64,000 nucleotides of DNA from Anolis carolinensis (Eukaryota), in assembly GCF_035594765.1 (NCBI RefSeq), contig NW_026943827.1, positions 1,550,001 to 1,614,000 on the forward strand. The letters are read 5' to 3'. Positions 26,951 through 44,248 of the stretch are shown here, in pieces; position 1 is the stretch's first letter; every line of letters starts with the position of its first letter. A model generated the notes under the pieces. That model was not told the DNA's origin. It saw only the letters and a program-made list of their open reading frames with translations, and searched no databases. The position numbers and the translations under genes are program-made.

Positions 26951-27249
26951 TGTTAGAACAGAACCGAGGGTACAAGTTGTAATAGATTTGCAAACATAGA
27001 GGATTTTTTTAAAGAAAAAAAACTTGGCATTAATACTAAATGTATTTTGCCCAGTAGCTGGCCACCCAGCAGTTTCATGTAGATGTTAAAAAGCATGGGG
27101 GAAAGAATGGAACCTTGTGGGACCCCACAGGTCAATGGCCAGCTTTCATTAATTTTCCATATAAATTGTTTTCTTGGGAGACGGAGAACAAGAAAAAGGA
27201 AGAGGAGAATGAGAAATAAGGGAGGAGGAGAAGGGGATGAAGAAAAAGG

Positions 27250-28927
<1,678 letters not shown>

Positions 28928-28931
28928 TTAA

Positions 28932-29278
28932 ATCATAGAATAGTAGAGTTGGAAGAGACCTCATGGGCCATCCAGTCCAACCCCATTCTGCCAAGAAGCA
29001 GGAAATCGTATTCAAAGCACCCCTGACAGATGGCCATCCAGGCTGTGCTTAAAAGCCTCCAAGGAAGGAGCTTCGACCACGGCCTGGGGCAGAGAGTTCC
29101 ACTGCCAAACAGCCCTTCTCACAGTGAGGAAGTTCTTCCTGATGTTCAGGTGGAATCTCCTTTCCTGTAGTTTGAAGCCATTGTTCCACTGCGTCCTAGT
29201 CTGCAGGGCAGCAGAAAACAACCTTGCTCCCTCCTCCCTAGGACTTCCTCTCACATATTTGTACATGGCTATCATGTA
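28932..29278 (-). mobile_element. CR1 LINE 3' end
   Basis: [10 protein letters not shown]...[14 protein letters not shown]...[18 protein letters not shown]; ATTCTATG tail. Confidence 0.92.
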
Positions 29279-30025
29279 TTTTAAATCATATTTTAAAAGC
29301 TTAAATCCAGTCAAAGATTATTTTAGATTACTGCCCAGTTATAATAGAAATAGAAAAGGAATCAGGAGGAGGAAGAATAGAGGAAGGAGGAGATGGAAGA
29401 GAAGAAAAATAAGGAGGAGGAATAGGGAGGAAGAAGGAGAAAAGGCGGCCCCGGGTTCGGCTGTGGGTCAGAAGCAGAGAGGCATCCGTCCCTGCAAGGC
29501 GTAGCTTGGGGAGGCTGAGGTGGTGACCCCACAGAGGCCTGCCTGAAGCTGGGGCCCAAAGGGGGCCCCGAAGGGACCCAGGAATGCATAGGCAAGGCAA
29601 GAGAAGGTTCAAAGGCCTCCCTCCACCTTTCTTCATGGAAACCCTTTTTCTTTCCTCCCTTCCCTCTCCGGCCGGCCGTGTTCCTTCCTCTCTCTCCTCC
29701 TCCTCCGCCTCCTCCTCCTGTCCGGTTGGGCCGAGATCATGGTGGCGGCGAGGGAGGGCCAGGAGGGAGGGCAAGCGGACACCTCGCCACTGGCAGATGT
29801 GCTGAGGAAGAAGTGCCTGGCTCCCCCTCGTCATCAGCCTCGACAGCGCCTCCTCCTAGCTCAAGTGAGCGGCCAGACGGCAAGGAGGGGGATGCCGAAG
29901 AGGGGGAGCCGGGCACTTTTCCCTCAGCGCATCTGCTGGTGGTGGTGATGAATGGGGACCACTTTGCCCTTCCTCAAGTACGGTCTTGTTACCTCACGAA
30001 GGTGCCCACTTTCATTCAGGCACAA

Positions 30026-30287
30026 GGAACCCCCAGATGGTGTAGTGGACTAAGTGACTTGAAGGTTGGGTTGCTGACCTGAAGGCTGCCAGGTTCGAAT
30101 CCCACCCGGGGAGAGTGCGGATGAGCTCCCTCTATCAGCTCCAACTCCATGTGGGGACATGAGAGAAGCCTCCCACAAGGATGGTAAAAACATCAAAACA
30201 TCCAGGCGTCCTCTGGGCAACGTCTTTGCAGACGGCCAATTCTCTCACTCCAGAAGCGACTCAAGTTGCTTGTGACGTGAAAAAAAA
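30026..30287 (+). mobile_element. tRNA-head SINE with tail ...GACGTG(A)n
   Basis: B box GGTTCGAATCCC at about 30092; body matches 48216-48449. Confidence 0.8.
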
Positions 30288-30364
30288 TTCAGTCACAAGG
30301 GCAAGGACTGCAAACGGTGACGGCTGCCTCTCAGCAACACCCGCCTCCCTCCTTCCCTCCCTCA

Positions 30365-30444
30365 CCCGAGTATAAGCCAGCGGGGGCTTTTTCAGCATTA
30401 AAAATGTGCTGAAAAAGCCGGCTTATACTTGAGTATGTACGGTA
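30365..30444. mobile_element. Tc1/pogo-type DNA transposon end
   Basis: GGCTTATACTTGAGTATGTACGG-TA terminus with internal inverted GAGTATAAGCC. Confidence 0.55.
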
Positions 30445-30679
30445 TTTGTTTGTAGTTCTATCGTTACCATTAGAAACCTTCTTTTGTATCTGCCTTAACC
30501 ATTTGAGGGTGCCAGAGTTTGGGGAGATAGAATACCAGGCCCTTTCTTTTGGAAGTTCCCACAAAAGCCAATTCTTCTCCCAGTCATTTTTGTTTTCAGC
30601 CTTACAGAATCAAAGGATAACATTTTAGCCCATCTGAGGCATTTAAACCTTCCTTGCTTAGTTTCTCCATACCTCACAA

Positions 30680-30720
30680 CCTCTGAGGATGCCTGCCATA
30701 GATGCGGGCGAAACGTCAGG
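30680..30720 (+). ncRNA. Minimal hammerhead ribozyme motif in a Penelope fragment (about 30640-30773)
   Basis: CCT-CTGAGGA-T-GCCTGC-loop-GCGGGC-GAAAC-GTC-AGG. Confidence 0.7.
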
Positions 30721-31736
30721 AGAGAATACTTCTGGAACATGGCCATACAGCCCGGAAAACATACAACAACCCCACCATCTGGAGACCCCTTGAAGGCTTC
30801 TTCCCAAAGGCATCCAAGGAAGACCTTTTCTCTCCATGGCCTCCAGTTTTCTTAGGATTTCCTTGAGCCTAGCTAGCTCTTCTTGTGTTGCTGAAAATCT
30901 TCCCCTGAATGGAGGAAAAAGAAGAAAAGGGGGAAGTGGTCAAAGGGGAAAGGAGTTGGCAGGAAGGAGGCTTTGTGGCTGGAGCGGTGCCTGTCTTTGC
31001 GTCTCATGGGCTCTACCAAGGGAATGCATGGCCTGGATGGAACATAGTTCAGCATGGACTCATTTTGTGAACAAACCTCAACGTAGTTTTGAATTAGCCA
31101 GTTGAGAATGCAGGTCTTTGTTGGTTTGGAGGATTATTTTGGGAAATGTGGCCGGAGTGACCCTTTGAGATGCTGAGGAAGCAGAGTTGGGAGTCCCTGT
31201 GGCAGGGGAGATAATGACACAATCGATAAAGAAATCCTTGTTCCTTTGAGCATTTAGCACAATGCTGGTAATTCACCGAAATCCATGATCCAGAATGTGT
31301 TACACCCTTGAATGTTGGGAGGAGTTCTGCCTGCCTTGTGTTCCTTTAACCACATTTCGGTTTGACCCAATGAAATTGGTGTGCTCCTCCAATATGAGGA
31401 AAGGGTTCTGTTCCTTCCTTCCAGGATTCCTTCCTTCTCTTATCCTCTCCTTCTGTGTTTCCTCCCTTCCTTCCATCTTTCCTTTCTTCTTTCCTTTTTC
31501 GTTTTCTTTACCTTGAGCCAGAGGTATGCGGCTTCATGTCTAACCTTTGGCTTCTTCTTTCTTGACCAGGACATGAGAGTTCTCTGGAGCCACCCCTGCC
31601 GTGATGGGAAATGAACCAGCTTCTAGTCGATATTAAGGCATTTGGAAACCAAAGTGCAGGAAGGAAACCAGTCCTCTAGGAAAAGGGATTCCTCTCAAGG
31701 GTCTGATCTTGCTGAATTCCTACATTCACTTTGGAT

Positions 31737-33592
<1,856 letters not shown>

Positions 33593-34469
33593 ACTAACTT
33601 CCCTCTCCCAGCCTTGATCAACCAGATGGTCTCCTAAGGATTCCTTCAAAGATGTAGAGTGATCCATGACAGCTGATGCCTTGTTGAATTGCAACTCCCA
33701 GAAATTCTATAGTATTGAGTAGGCTTGCTCAAAAAATTCTATTTCTCCGGATGTCAGAAGTGATTTGTTTGTTTTGTCGCTTTTGAAGCGATTTCCAACG
33801 CGGATTATCCCACCGTGTGGATGCCGCGGTTTTGAACCGCGATAGCCTATTTTTCTGATCTCGTCGTATGTTTGTTGGAAGCAAAGCAAGCACTTTTGCA
33901 AATCGCCCAAACTTGCTTTGCTGCACTGAGGCAACCTAGCCTGTGGTTTCCTCCCTGTGGCCAATCCGAATGCACGTTGAACTTAGGGGAGGTGCTTGTA
34001 CGTCCTCAATGAAAAGAGCCTACAGGGCGCCTCGTGGCTCATTCGCACAAGTGATCTGGAGAGGGTGGTTGGGCTTAGCTCAGCAGTGTGGTTCCAGGCA
34101 ATATTTTTCTGCTGCGTTGGAGCTTCTTTGCCTGGTGGCCGCTGGGCTTTGGGATTAAGAAATTAGAATAGAGCAGAGAGAGCACCCAAAGAACACTGGG
34201 GAAAGGGTTGGTTTTTGATAAGACAGTGTTTGAAAAAGGGGCTGTGGGTTTTTTTTTCCCCTCAGGCTTGGCGTCCACCCGTGAGGGCTGTTATTTTCCT
34301 GCTGCACCATATTGTCTGGGTGTGGGGGGTGGCTTTCAGTTTTCTTTTAATACTTTTTCGGATAAGAATAAAAGTAAGGAGCACTTATTTCAGCACCTTT
34401 TTCGGGGTGTCTGGGGAAACGCTTGTTTGGATTTTTTTTTATAGGCCTTGCCTAATTCCTTAACCATTT

Positions 34470-34885
34470 GCAGTGTTGCAAATACTGGAATTCCCATTTT
34501 CCCCATAATAATACCTTAGGATAAGTGGCTGAATATTTTCTTTCTTTCTTTTTTTTTTGGTTCTATTTCCAACCCTGCTGGACTCCAAAGCAGTGCACCT
34601 CGTTTTGCAAATTGTGGCGTATACTAGAATTCCCATTAACCACATAAGACTACCTTGGGGATAAGAGGCTGAAGATTTTCCTTTGTTTGGTTCTATTTCA
34701 AACCTTGCAGGTTTCCTCAAAGCACTGCACCTCATTTTGCAAAGTGTGGCATATTCTCGAATTCCCATTAACCCCATAAGAATACCTTGGATATAAAGGC
34801 CTGAAGATTTTCTCTTGTTTGGTTCTATTTCAAACCTTACAGGTCGCCTCAAACCCCAGCAAACAACTTTGCTAAGTGTGGCATA
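34470..34885 (+). repeat. Degenerate tandem repeat, unit of about 132-139 bp, about 3 copies
   Basis: GAATTCCCATT at about 34488, 34627, 34759; GGTTCTATTTC recurring. Confidence 0.8.
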
Positions 34886-35269
34886 TACAGTAAAACCCTG
34901 CTGGTCCGAGCCCCTCTGGTCCAAGCCTCTGTGCAATCCGAGCACCTGCCTGCTGGCTGGCTTAGTGTGCGTGTTGCTAGGTAGTTAGCAAGCTACCTAG
35001 CAACATACAGTGGGCACCTTCCAAGGGGCGAGCGCCTCGTGCATATTGCTAGGTAGCTTGCTATCTACCTAGCAACATGCACGGCTGGCTCCTTCGGCAC
35101 GCTGGCCGCCGGTGCTGCCGGCCCCCGGTGTGACGAAGGAGCTGCGGCACGGGTGGGCGGGTGAACAGGGAGGGCTTTTGCGCCCCTCCCCCTTCACCCG
35201 CTCAATGGCTGGCCCAAATGCCCGCCGAAGGGAGAAGTTTCCTCTCCGATGGGCGCTTGAACCCAGGGA

Positions 35270-36097
35270 AGCGCAAAGTCAATGGTTGTGGGGCCGAGCA
35301 GGCGTCCCCCAGTGACACAATCTGGAACCAGTCCTCCAGGAATGAGTGGAGTCACTGCAAAACAGTGCCTCTAAGCCCCATCCCCACGAGGCAACCACAT
35401 GTTTCAAGACCTTGCCCAAATAGGGGAGATTGGAAATAGGCCGAAAGTTACAGAATTGAGTGTCGTCCAGTGATGGTTTCTTCAACAGCGGTTTGATCAC
35501 GGCTATGTTTAGGCTCGCTGGAAACTTGCCATCCCAGAGGGAGGTATTCACCACCACTTTCACCCACTTGGCCAAACCGCCTCTGGCTTCTCTCACCAAC
35601 CAGGATGGGCAGGGGTCCAGGATGCATGTGGTTGGTCTCACCTCTCCAAGGACCTTGTTCACATCCTCGAGCTCAACCAATTGGAATGAACCCATCAAAA
35701 CTGGACAAGCAGATGCTTGTGTTACATCCTCAGAGACTGCCGTTAGTATGCCGTCGAAGTTGGGGCGGATCAGAGTGAATTTGTCCGCAAAGAACTGAGC
35801 AAATGCTTCACAACAGGCTGCCGAGTTATCAGGGATCCCACCTTGAGTGGTGAGAGTTAACAACCCTCTGATAACACGGAACAGCACCACCGGACGGTCC
35901 TTTGCAGACGCAATGTTGGCCGCAATGTAAGCTCTCCTTGCGTCTTTGATTGCCGCGGCATATGTCCTGAGATAGGAACATAGTCGTGTTCGGTCTAACT
36001 TGCTGCGCTCTGATCGCCAGACGCACTCTAGTTCCTTCTTTTGCTTCATCGCTGCCAGCTCCTCGGTGAACCAAGGAGCTGGTTTAACTCGGTTACT
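35270..36097 (-). mobile_element. L2 LINE ORF2 fragment
   Basis: PAPWFTEEL...PTTCILDPCPSWLV...AVIKPLLKKPSLD...NFRPISNLPYLGKVLKHVVA. Confidence 0.9.
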
Positions 36098-36217
36098 CCC
36101 CCCCACCTATGAAGTTTGATTGAATTGTATTGGTGGTTTTTTGATATTATTACTGTTGTATTAATTTTGTTTTGTTTTATTACCTTATTGTGTTTTAACC
36201 TGTGTATATTGTGCTAA

Positions 36218-36544
36218 GGAGCCCTGGTGGCAAAGTGTGTTAAAGCGCTGAGCTGCTGAACTTGCCGACTGAAAGGTCCCAGGTTCAAACCCTGGGAGCG
36301 GCGGGAGCGGCCGCTGTTAGCTCCAGCTTCTGCCAACCTAGCAGTTTGAAAACATGCCAATGTGAGTAGATCAATAGGTACCGCTCCGGCAGGAAGGTAA
36401 CGGCGCTCCATGCAGTCATGGCCACATGACCTTGGAGGTGTCTACGGACAATGCCAGCTCTTTCGCTTAGAAATGGAGATGAGCACCAACCCCCAGAGTC
36501 AGACACGACTGGACTTAACGTCAGGGGAAACCTTTACCTTTTTA
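36218..36544 (+). mobile_element. Sauria SINE, full length
   Basis: tRNA-like head with A/B boxes, core GTGAGTAGATCAATAGGTACCG, tail (ACCTTT)n. Confidence 0.92.
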
Positions 36545-36635
36545 TGTTGTGCTAATGTATTTGTGTTGTTACTTTTGTAACAATGTGAGCCGCTCCGAGT
36601 CCCCGCGGGGAGATAGTGGCGGGGTATAAATAAAG

Positions 36636-36673
<38 letters not shown>

Positions 36674-36901
36674 GGTTTACTAATTTTTGGTTATATATTG
36701 GCATCCCTTCACACCCATTCCCTCCCCCCACCCGGCAGTCCCCATAACCCTCCAGCCCCCCCCCCCCAACAATACAAAGTGCAAATGCAGTTGTGAAGTG
36801 CAGAGGGGGCATGAGCAGCATAGGTCTAGGGGTCTGAGCCAACTAAAGTGCAAGGCAGGCAGTGGGGATTATGATGGTGAACTAGTTCAGTATGGTGCAA
36901 T

Positions 36902-37170
36902 ATCTATACATATAAAAGGGTAAAGTTGTTTGTTCTGCGACTATAACAACACAACTAAACACCCCAGAAATACGAAACTTGGCAACACAACGCAAAAGCC
37001 TTGCCTCACGGTTCTTACAACACAACCACACCACAAAAACACAATCCGGAGCCACAAAACCGAAAAAACCAGCAAACATGCACAACAACGCAACTACATG
37101 ACCCAAACACACAAAACTTGGCAACACAACCCAAAATCCTTGCCCCTAGGTGCCAACAACAAAAATAAAA
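36902..37170 (+). mobile_element. Helitron-like 5' terminus, G-depleted
   Basis: A|TCTATACATATAAAAG start; AAACTTGGCAACACAAC subunits. Confidence 0.55.
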
Positions 37171-38064
37171 GAAAAATAAAGTCCTAATTAGAAGAAAATG
37201 AATAATTGTTTTTATCCAATTGCTGACAGTTTTAGAAGCCTAAGCTCCGCCCACTTGGTCTCCTAGCAACCCACTCAGCCCAGGGGACAGGCACAGTTAA
37301 GCCTCACTTAGGCCTCTTCCACAGTATGCCGTCACACCCAGGCACCTTTTTAAGCTTTAGGATGTGCTTCTTCCTTTGCCCAGGTGAACTGCGGGGGCCT
37401 TACTTAGAAGCTCTGGAAATCCCAGTAACCAAAGGCACTTCAAGTAGAACAATCAAACAAAATTTTATTTTCACAAAGTCCTTGGCAGACTTGGCACATG
37501 TAATTAAGGTTGCAAATAAAAACAGTCAACTTATAAAACCTTGCAGATGTTCCTTTCGTGGCTTTTCCCCTTTAGTTGCTGGGTTAACTTCCACCAAAGG
37601 CAAAGAGGTCCAGAGATCCTCTTCACCCTAACTCTGAGCTGCTATTAAAAAGGTCTATAACTATCTAAGCTCAAAGCTAGTTTTTGAGGCAAAGTTGGTA
37701 GGGCTTCTCCAGTGGCAAAGAAATCCAGAGATGTTCTCTGCCCCAGTGCCAAAGCTATTGGAAAGAACAGGTCTTTCCCCTATCTATACTCAGCACTGGT
37801 TTTAAAGGCAGGTCAGTACTTACGATGGCCTTTTCAGAGTTGGCCTGGCTCGGCCACACAAGCACATCTACGTTGTTTCTCCTTCAGTCTAGAAGGCAGA
37901 AAAGGCTTCTCAACATGGAGCCTTCTATCTACAAAATGACACATTTGCAGGCTGCAAGCAACAAAGACTTGCAAACAGGCTAAACCATCAGACTGCTGCA
38001 GAATCTGCAGCAACCCTGGAGCAAATGCAAACAGATGCTATTCCTACAACTATAAAAAAATGCA

Positions 38065-38403
38065 AACCAAACCTCTGGGGGACGGAACAGGTGGCAGGAC
38101 GTGGTGGAGGCACTACGAGAAACGCAAAGAAAGTACAAACTCTCTGCTGATCGTAGGCGCCGAGAAGGAGACAAATTGGGCGAAGGAGATCTAGTTTGGC
38201 TGAGTACGAAAAATCTGAAGTTGGGATTTCCATCGAAGAAATTGGCACCACGCTATATAGGCCCATTCAGGGTTACAAAAAGGATAAATGAAGTAACCTA
38301 TCAGCTGAGGTTGCCCAAGGATTTAGGGAAAGTGCCCCCGGTGTTTCACTGCAGCCTATTGAAAAAGTACAAAGGAACGTTGGACAGCGTATTTATTAAA
38401 TAG
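38065..38403 (+). mobile_element. Gypsy/Ty3 integrase C-terminus (GPY/F module)
   Basis: GDLVWLSTKNLKL...KKLAPRYIGPFRV...VTYQLRLP...VFHCSLLKKY, followed by a polypurine tract at about 38430-38443. Confidence 0.9.
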
Positions 38404-38449
38404 CTGTATTTAATCTTTTTCTTTCAGGACGAAGGGGAGGAGGACGCCA

Positions 38450-38752
38450 TGTCAGAACCCTGCTACTAGAGCCTGGATGTGGCGCTGAGTTTCAGGGTCG
38501 CTGACATTGTGATTGTGATTGTGATAAGGCACCTGCATCCCGGGATCCTGAGAAGAAACGGCTGCTGGACTTGGCAGGGTTTTGTTGGGCGGGAAATGTA
38601 TCTTCAAATGAGGGGGGAGGGTATATAAAGGAATGCTGGCCGACGCCTCCCATGCTTGGCTTTTTCATGTCGATGTTTCCTGCAGTAAAGTTTCTGGTGA
38701 CAACACAGCGAGTCTCGTGTATTCATTCAGGAGCGGCTGTAGTGAGCCAACA
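38450..38752 (+). mobile_element. Gypsy 3' LTR
   Basis: Starts TGTCAG just after the PPT; TATATAAAG at about 38622; AGTAAA at about 38684; ends in CA. Confidence 0.65.
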
Positions 38753-38799
38753 GTCAATGTTATAGTGTCTTATTTTTATATTATTATTAAATAGAATAA

Positions 38800-39815
38800 T
38801 AATATATTGCATTATTTTATCACATATTATTATATTATATATTATGCCATTATAATATATTACACTTATTATATTATTGTATGATTATTGCTATATTATA
38901 ATATTACTGACATCAAATTGGATAGGATAAAATAATTATAATAATATAATATAATTATTCTATCCGATTTGTTGTCAATCCATTCCTTTGGACTTCATGC
39001 AAATCTCCCCTTTGCCAAAATATATGGTCCTGTGCTTTGAGCAAAGTCAAATTAGACTTATGATATAATAATTATTATAAAATATAATTCCAATGGCTTT
39101 CCTGTCTTGCTCCTCCTCTGGTCCTGGTCCATCAAGGGAGCTCCTCCCTCCCCCCTCCCTCCCTGGATGGCTGTTCTGTGCCTGCAGGGGGCGGCATGGA
39201 GACCCTTGTGATGCGCTGCAGCATCTCCCTCTGAAGGCCTTTCCCTTGGGAAGCTCACTTTCCCCGTTCACAGCAGGAAGGAAGGCAGGTAGTCGCTCGC
39301 TCTCTCTCGGTTCTTGTTCCTTGTCCGTTGCCTGTACCTGTGTCGCCTGGTTTGGTCCACATTCCAGTGAGTCTTCTTTGCTCCTCGTGTGGGGACCTAG
39401 ACCGTGGGAGGGTGTCCCTCTTGGTTCTCTTGGACCTCTCAGGGGCCTACGATACCATAGACCACGGTCTCCTTCTGGGATGCCTCGTGGGAATGGGACT
39501 TGGGGGCACCGTTTAGCAGTGGCTCCGGCCCTTCCTGGGGGTGTTGTTGGGGGACACCTTCTCGGCCCCGCAACCATTGTGTCGTGGAGTCCTGAGGATT
39601 CAGTCTCGATGACATGGCTTTTTTCCGGCCTGATGACCCCTTTGGCTTTGCTTTGTAGAGACAAAGGGGACTCTGTGTGGTGGTGGTTAAGGCCTCCTTA
39701 CAACTCGTTGCAACCGCCTTACAACTCCAGGTGTTCTTGGAAGACACTGAGTGTCTAGATCGGGCGCAGTCTGGCTTCAGGCCTGGTCATGGAACTGAAT
39801 CAGTCTTGGTCTCCT
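38800..39815 (+). repeat. Composite repeat copy 2 (CTCF motif and L2 fragments)
   Basis: Homology to the other three copies. Confidence 0.8.
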
Positions 39816-39817
39816 CA

Positions 39818-40965
39818 GCAGTTCCTGGGCAAGGTGATTGAGAGGGCAGTAGCGGAGCAGTTGCAACAGTTCCTAGACAACACAGCCGGATTAGATCCCT
39901 TCCAGTCCGGCTTTCGTGTGGGGCACGGGACAGAGACTGTGCTGGTCTCCATCACGGATCACCTTCGATGCCAGCTTGATCAGGGCGGGTCAGTGCTGCT
40001 CGTGTTATTGAACCTCACTGCAGCATTTGACACAGTCGATCATAATCTTTTGACCCACCGCCTTGCCGTTGTTGGAGTCAAGGGGACAGCTTTAAATTGG
40101 CTGGCCTCCTTTCTTCACAACTGTGGACAGTGAGTGGAGAGGGGAGGCCTGGTCTGAGAGGTCCCCTCTTCTTTGTGGGGTTCCTCAGGGGGCCATTCTC
40201 TCCCCTCTGTTGTTTAACATCTATATGCAACCACTTGCTCAGCTGGTCCGAGATTTCGGGCTTGAGTGTTATCAATACGCTGACGACACTCAGCTTGTGT
40301 TAAAGATGGAAGGCCCAATGGTGTCTGTACCCAACAGTTTTCATCAGTGCCTCGAGGTCATTATTGGATGGTTGCGTTCCAGTAGGTTGAGGGTGAATCC
40401 AGCAAAGACGGAGATCCTATGGCTGGGCCGACCGGGCAGTGGGGAGATCCAGTTGCCAATCCTGGATGGCCAAGTGCTACGCCCGTCTTCACTAGTAAAG
40501 AGTCTGGGAGTCCTCTTGGACCCTTCACTGACGATGGAGGCCCAGGTCTCTGCCGTTAGCAAAACCACCTTTCTTCATCTTCGGCAGGCTAGACGGCTGG
40601 GCCCCTATCTGTCTAGGGACAACCTGGCTACGGTGATCCAGGCTACGGTCATCTCGAGACTGGACTACTGTAATGCCCTTTACATCGGCCTTCCTGTGTC
40701 GGTGATCCGGAAGCTCAAATTGGTGCAAAATGCAGCTGCCTGGCTCCTTGCGGGAGTCCCGATGAGATGCCACATAACACCAATCTTACGGCAGCTGCAC
40801 TGGTTACCAATTGAGCACCGGATCACTTTCAAAGTGATGGTGCTTACCTTTAAGGCCTTACATTTTCCAGGGCCGATGTACCTGAGGAAACGCCTCACTC
40901 CCTACAAACCCCAGAGATCCCTCCGTTCTGAGGACCAAGACCTGTTGGAAATAAATAAATAAATA
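39818..40965 (+). mobile_element. L2 LINE RT fragment (different subfamily)
   Basis: DPFQSGFRVGHGTET, GVPQGAILSPLLFNIYM, YADDTQL, SRLDYCNALY. Confidence 0.93.
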
Positions 40966-41231
40966 AATGACCAAAGGAAAATACTGGACAGGTTTGTGGG
41001 GGAATTCACCTTGACGTACTGGGATGTATAGTTCACCCACAATCAAAAAGCACTCTGGGCCCCACCAAGGATGGCCCTGAGCCTAACTTAGCACACAGAA
41101 CCCCCATGACCAACACAAATGCAGGAGGGCTTTGGGGGAAAGTCACCTTGATTTATAGGAATTATAGTTCACCTACATACAGAGAGCACCGTCAATGCGA
41201 ACAACAATTGATCTGGATCAAATTTCAAAAC

Positions 41232-41615
41232 TCATCATTTATTTCGGTCGTAGACCAGCACAGGAAATAAAGGTCACAGTTACATACAAACTTGGTAAGT
41301 TTAGTACATTTAAAATATAAAGATACTAAAGCACAATAACCGGGGGGGGGGGGGGAAGCGGAAGGGGAAACAGGGCAAAACATACAATGCAGAGGTCCAT
41401 CAGCCAGTTATAGAACCAAGAGAGACGATTACTGGAGACATAGGTAACTTTTGGGACCCATCATCCCCTGGCGCATTTTGTACGCACAAAACTTTGCAAC
41501 ATTGTCATTTGTAGCTGAATGAGTATCTACAAGTAGCAGGGAGGTACAAAAGTCTCCTGAACGGCCTGGGTGCTTGTGTATCAAAGGTAAGATAAGCCTG
41601 GTGCGGATATCCCTG
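41232..41615 (-). mobile_element. LINE 3' end (clade uncertain) inserted in Helitron-like DNA (40965-41835)
   Basis: RDIRTRLILPLIHKHPGRS...LLLVD...VAKFC then a 3' UTR ending GACCGAAATAAATGATG. Confidence 0.5.
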
Positions 41616-42886
41616 GCAAGCGTACCCGATATGGCCAATTTGGAAGACTGGTAGGCTTTGGGCGGGCCTTTGGGAGTTGTAGATACTGGGATTTATAGTT
41701 CACCTGCATCCAGAGACACTGGGACCACCACCGACAATAGACCAAACGTGGCACACCGGACCACCAAGACTAACTTAATATACTGGAGGGGTTTGGGGGG
41801 AACTGACCCACCATGGTGGGAGCTGTAGTTCACTAGAAGTGTTGTTGTTGTGTCACAAACCACTGTCTGAATTGTGTCATGTTTTCAACTCCAGACTTAA
41901 TAATTCAAGATTCCAAATTTTATCTTCTATTTTTTAAAAGTTATTAACTTAAAATCTGTATGAACCAAATCTTCCAACCTTCCCGTTTGTGTGAACGTGT
42001 TTGCATGACTTCTCAGCAAAGCAACCAGACGTGGTCTCTGAAGGGCCTCCTGGATCTCACGGACCTCACTCTTCCCTGAACACTCGGCATCCAAAGAACA
42101 GGAACCTTTTGGGCTCAGAACAAAACAAGCGAATGACCAAACTTGGCACAAAGACCCAGCATGGCCCACTGTGCATACAGGTGAGGTTTGGGGGTGGTTG
42201 ACCTTGGCATGTGGGAGTCGTAGTTCACCCTTATCCAGAGAGCACTGAATCCAGCCAACGTTGGATCTGCAACCCCCACCAATGATGGATCAGGACCAAA
42301 CCTGGCACACAGGACCAACAGAACATACTGGAGGGTTTTGGGGACCGACCCACCCGTGTAGGAGTTGTCGTTCACCCTGCATCCAGAGAGCATTCGGAAG
42401 CCCACCAATGACGGATGGGGACCAAACTTAGCACACAGAACCCTGATGACCAAAAGAACACACTGGAAGGGTTTGGGGGATAGACAAGACAGTGAAAAAG
42501 AATAGATGGTGATCAAAGCCATGAATAGATGTTGTATAAAGCATAATAGGAATAATAACGTCTGAAGGAAGACAATTGAATCCAAACCCATGCCACCAAC
42601 ACCGAAGAAGGAAATGATGTTCAAAGGCGCTCTAGATTAAACATTAAACCCCATTTTGGGCCAAAAACAGGTCTACCCACCCCTCCAGTTTCAGCCGTTC
42701 TGACCCTTATAAATCCCCCTTTTTTTGCAAAAAATAAAAAAATAAAATGAGATATTAAAAGCAACAATGCCAAAAAGGCAGAAATTATATATAATGCTTC
42801 AACTACACATTAAAGTAAACAGACTAACGAGTTACCTACATAGACACACAACTGAACAAACAGACATGGATACATGACTAAAAGCC

Positions 42887-44248
<1,362 letters not shown>

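Noticed and set aside
29975-30020. Faint resemblance to a KRAB-A start (GGTCTTGTTACC...GAAGGTG)
   Set aside because: Too short and degenerate to support
36218-36300. tRNA-like A/B boxes (also near 30030-30105)
   Set aside because: They are SINE heads and do not form a full cloverleaf
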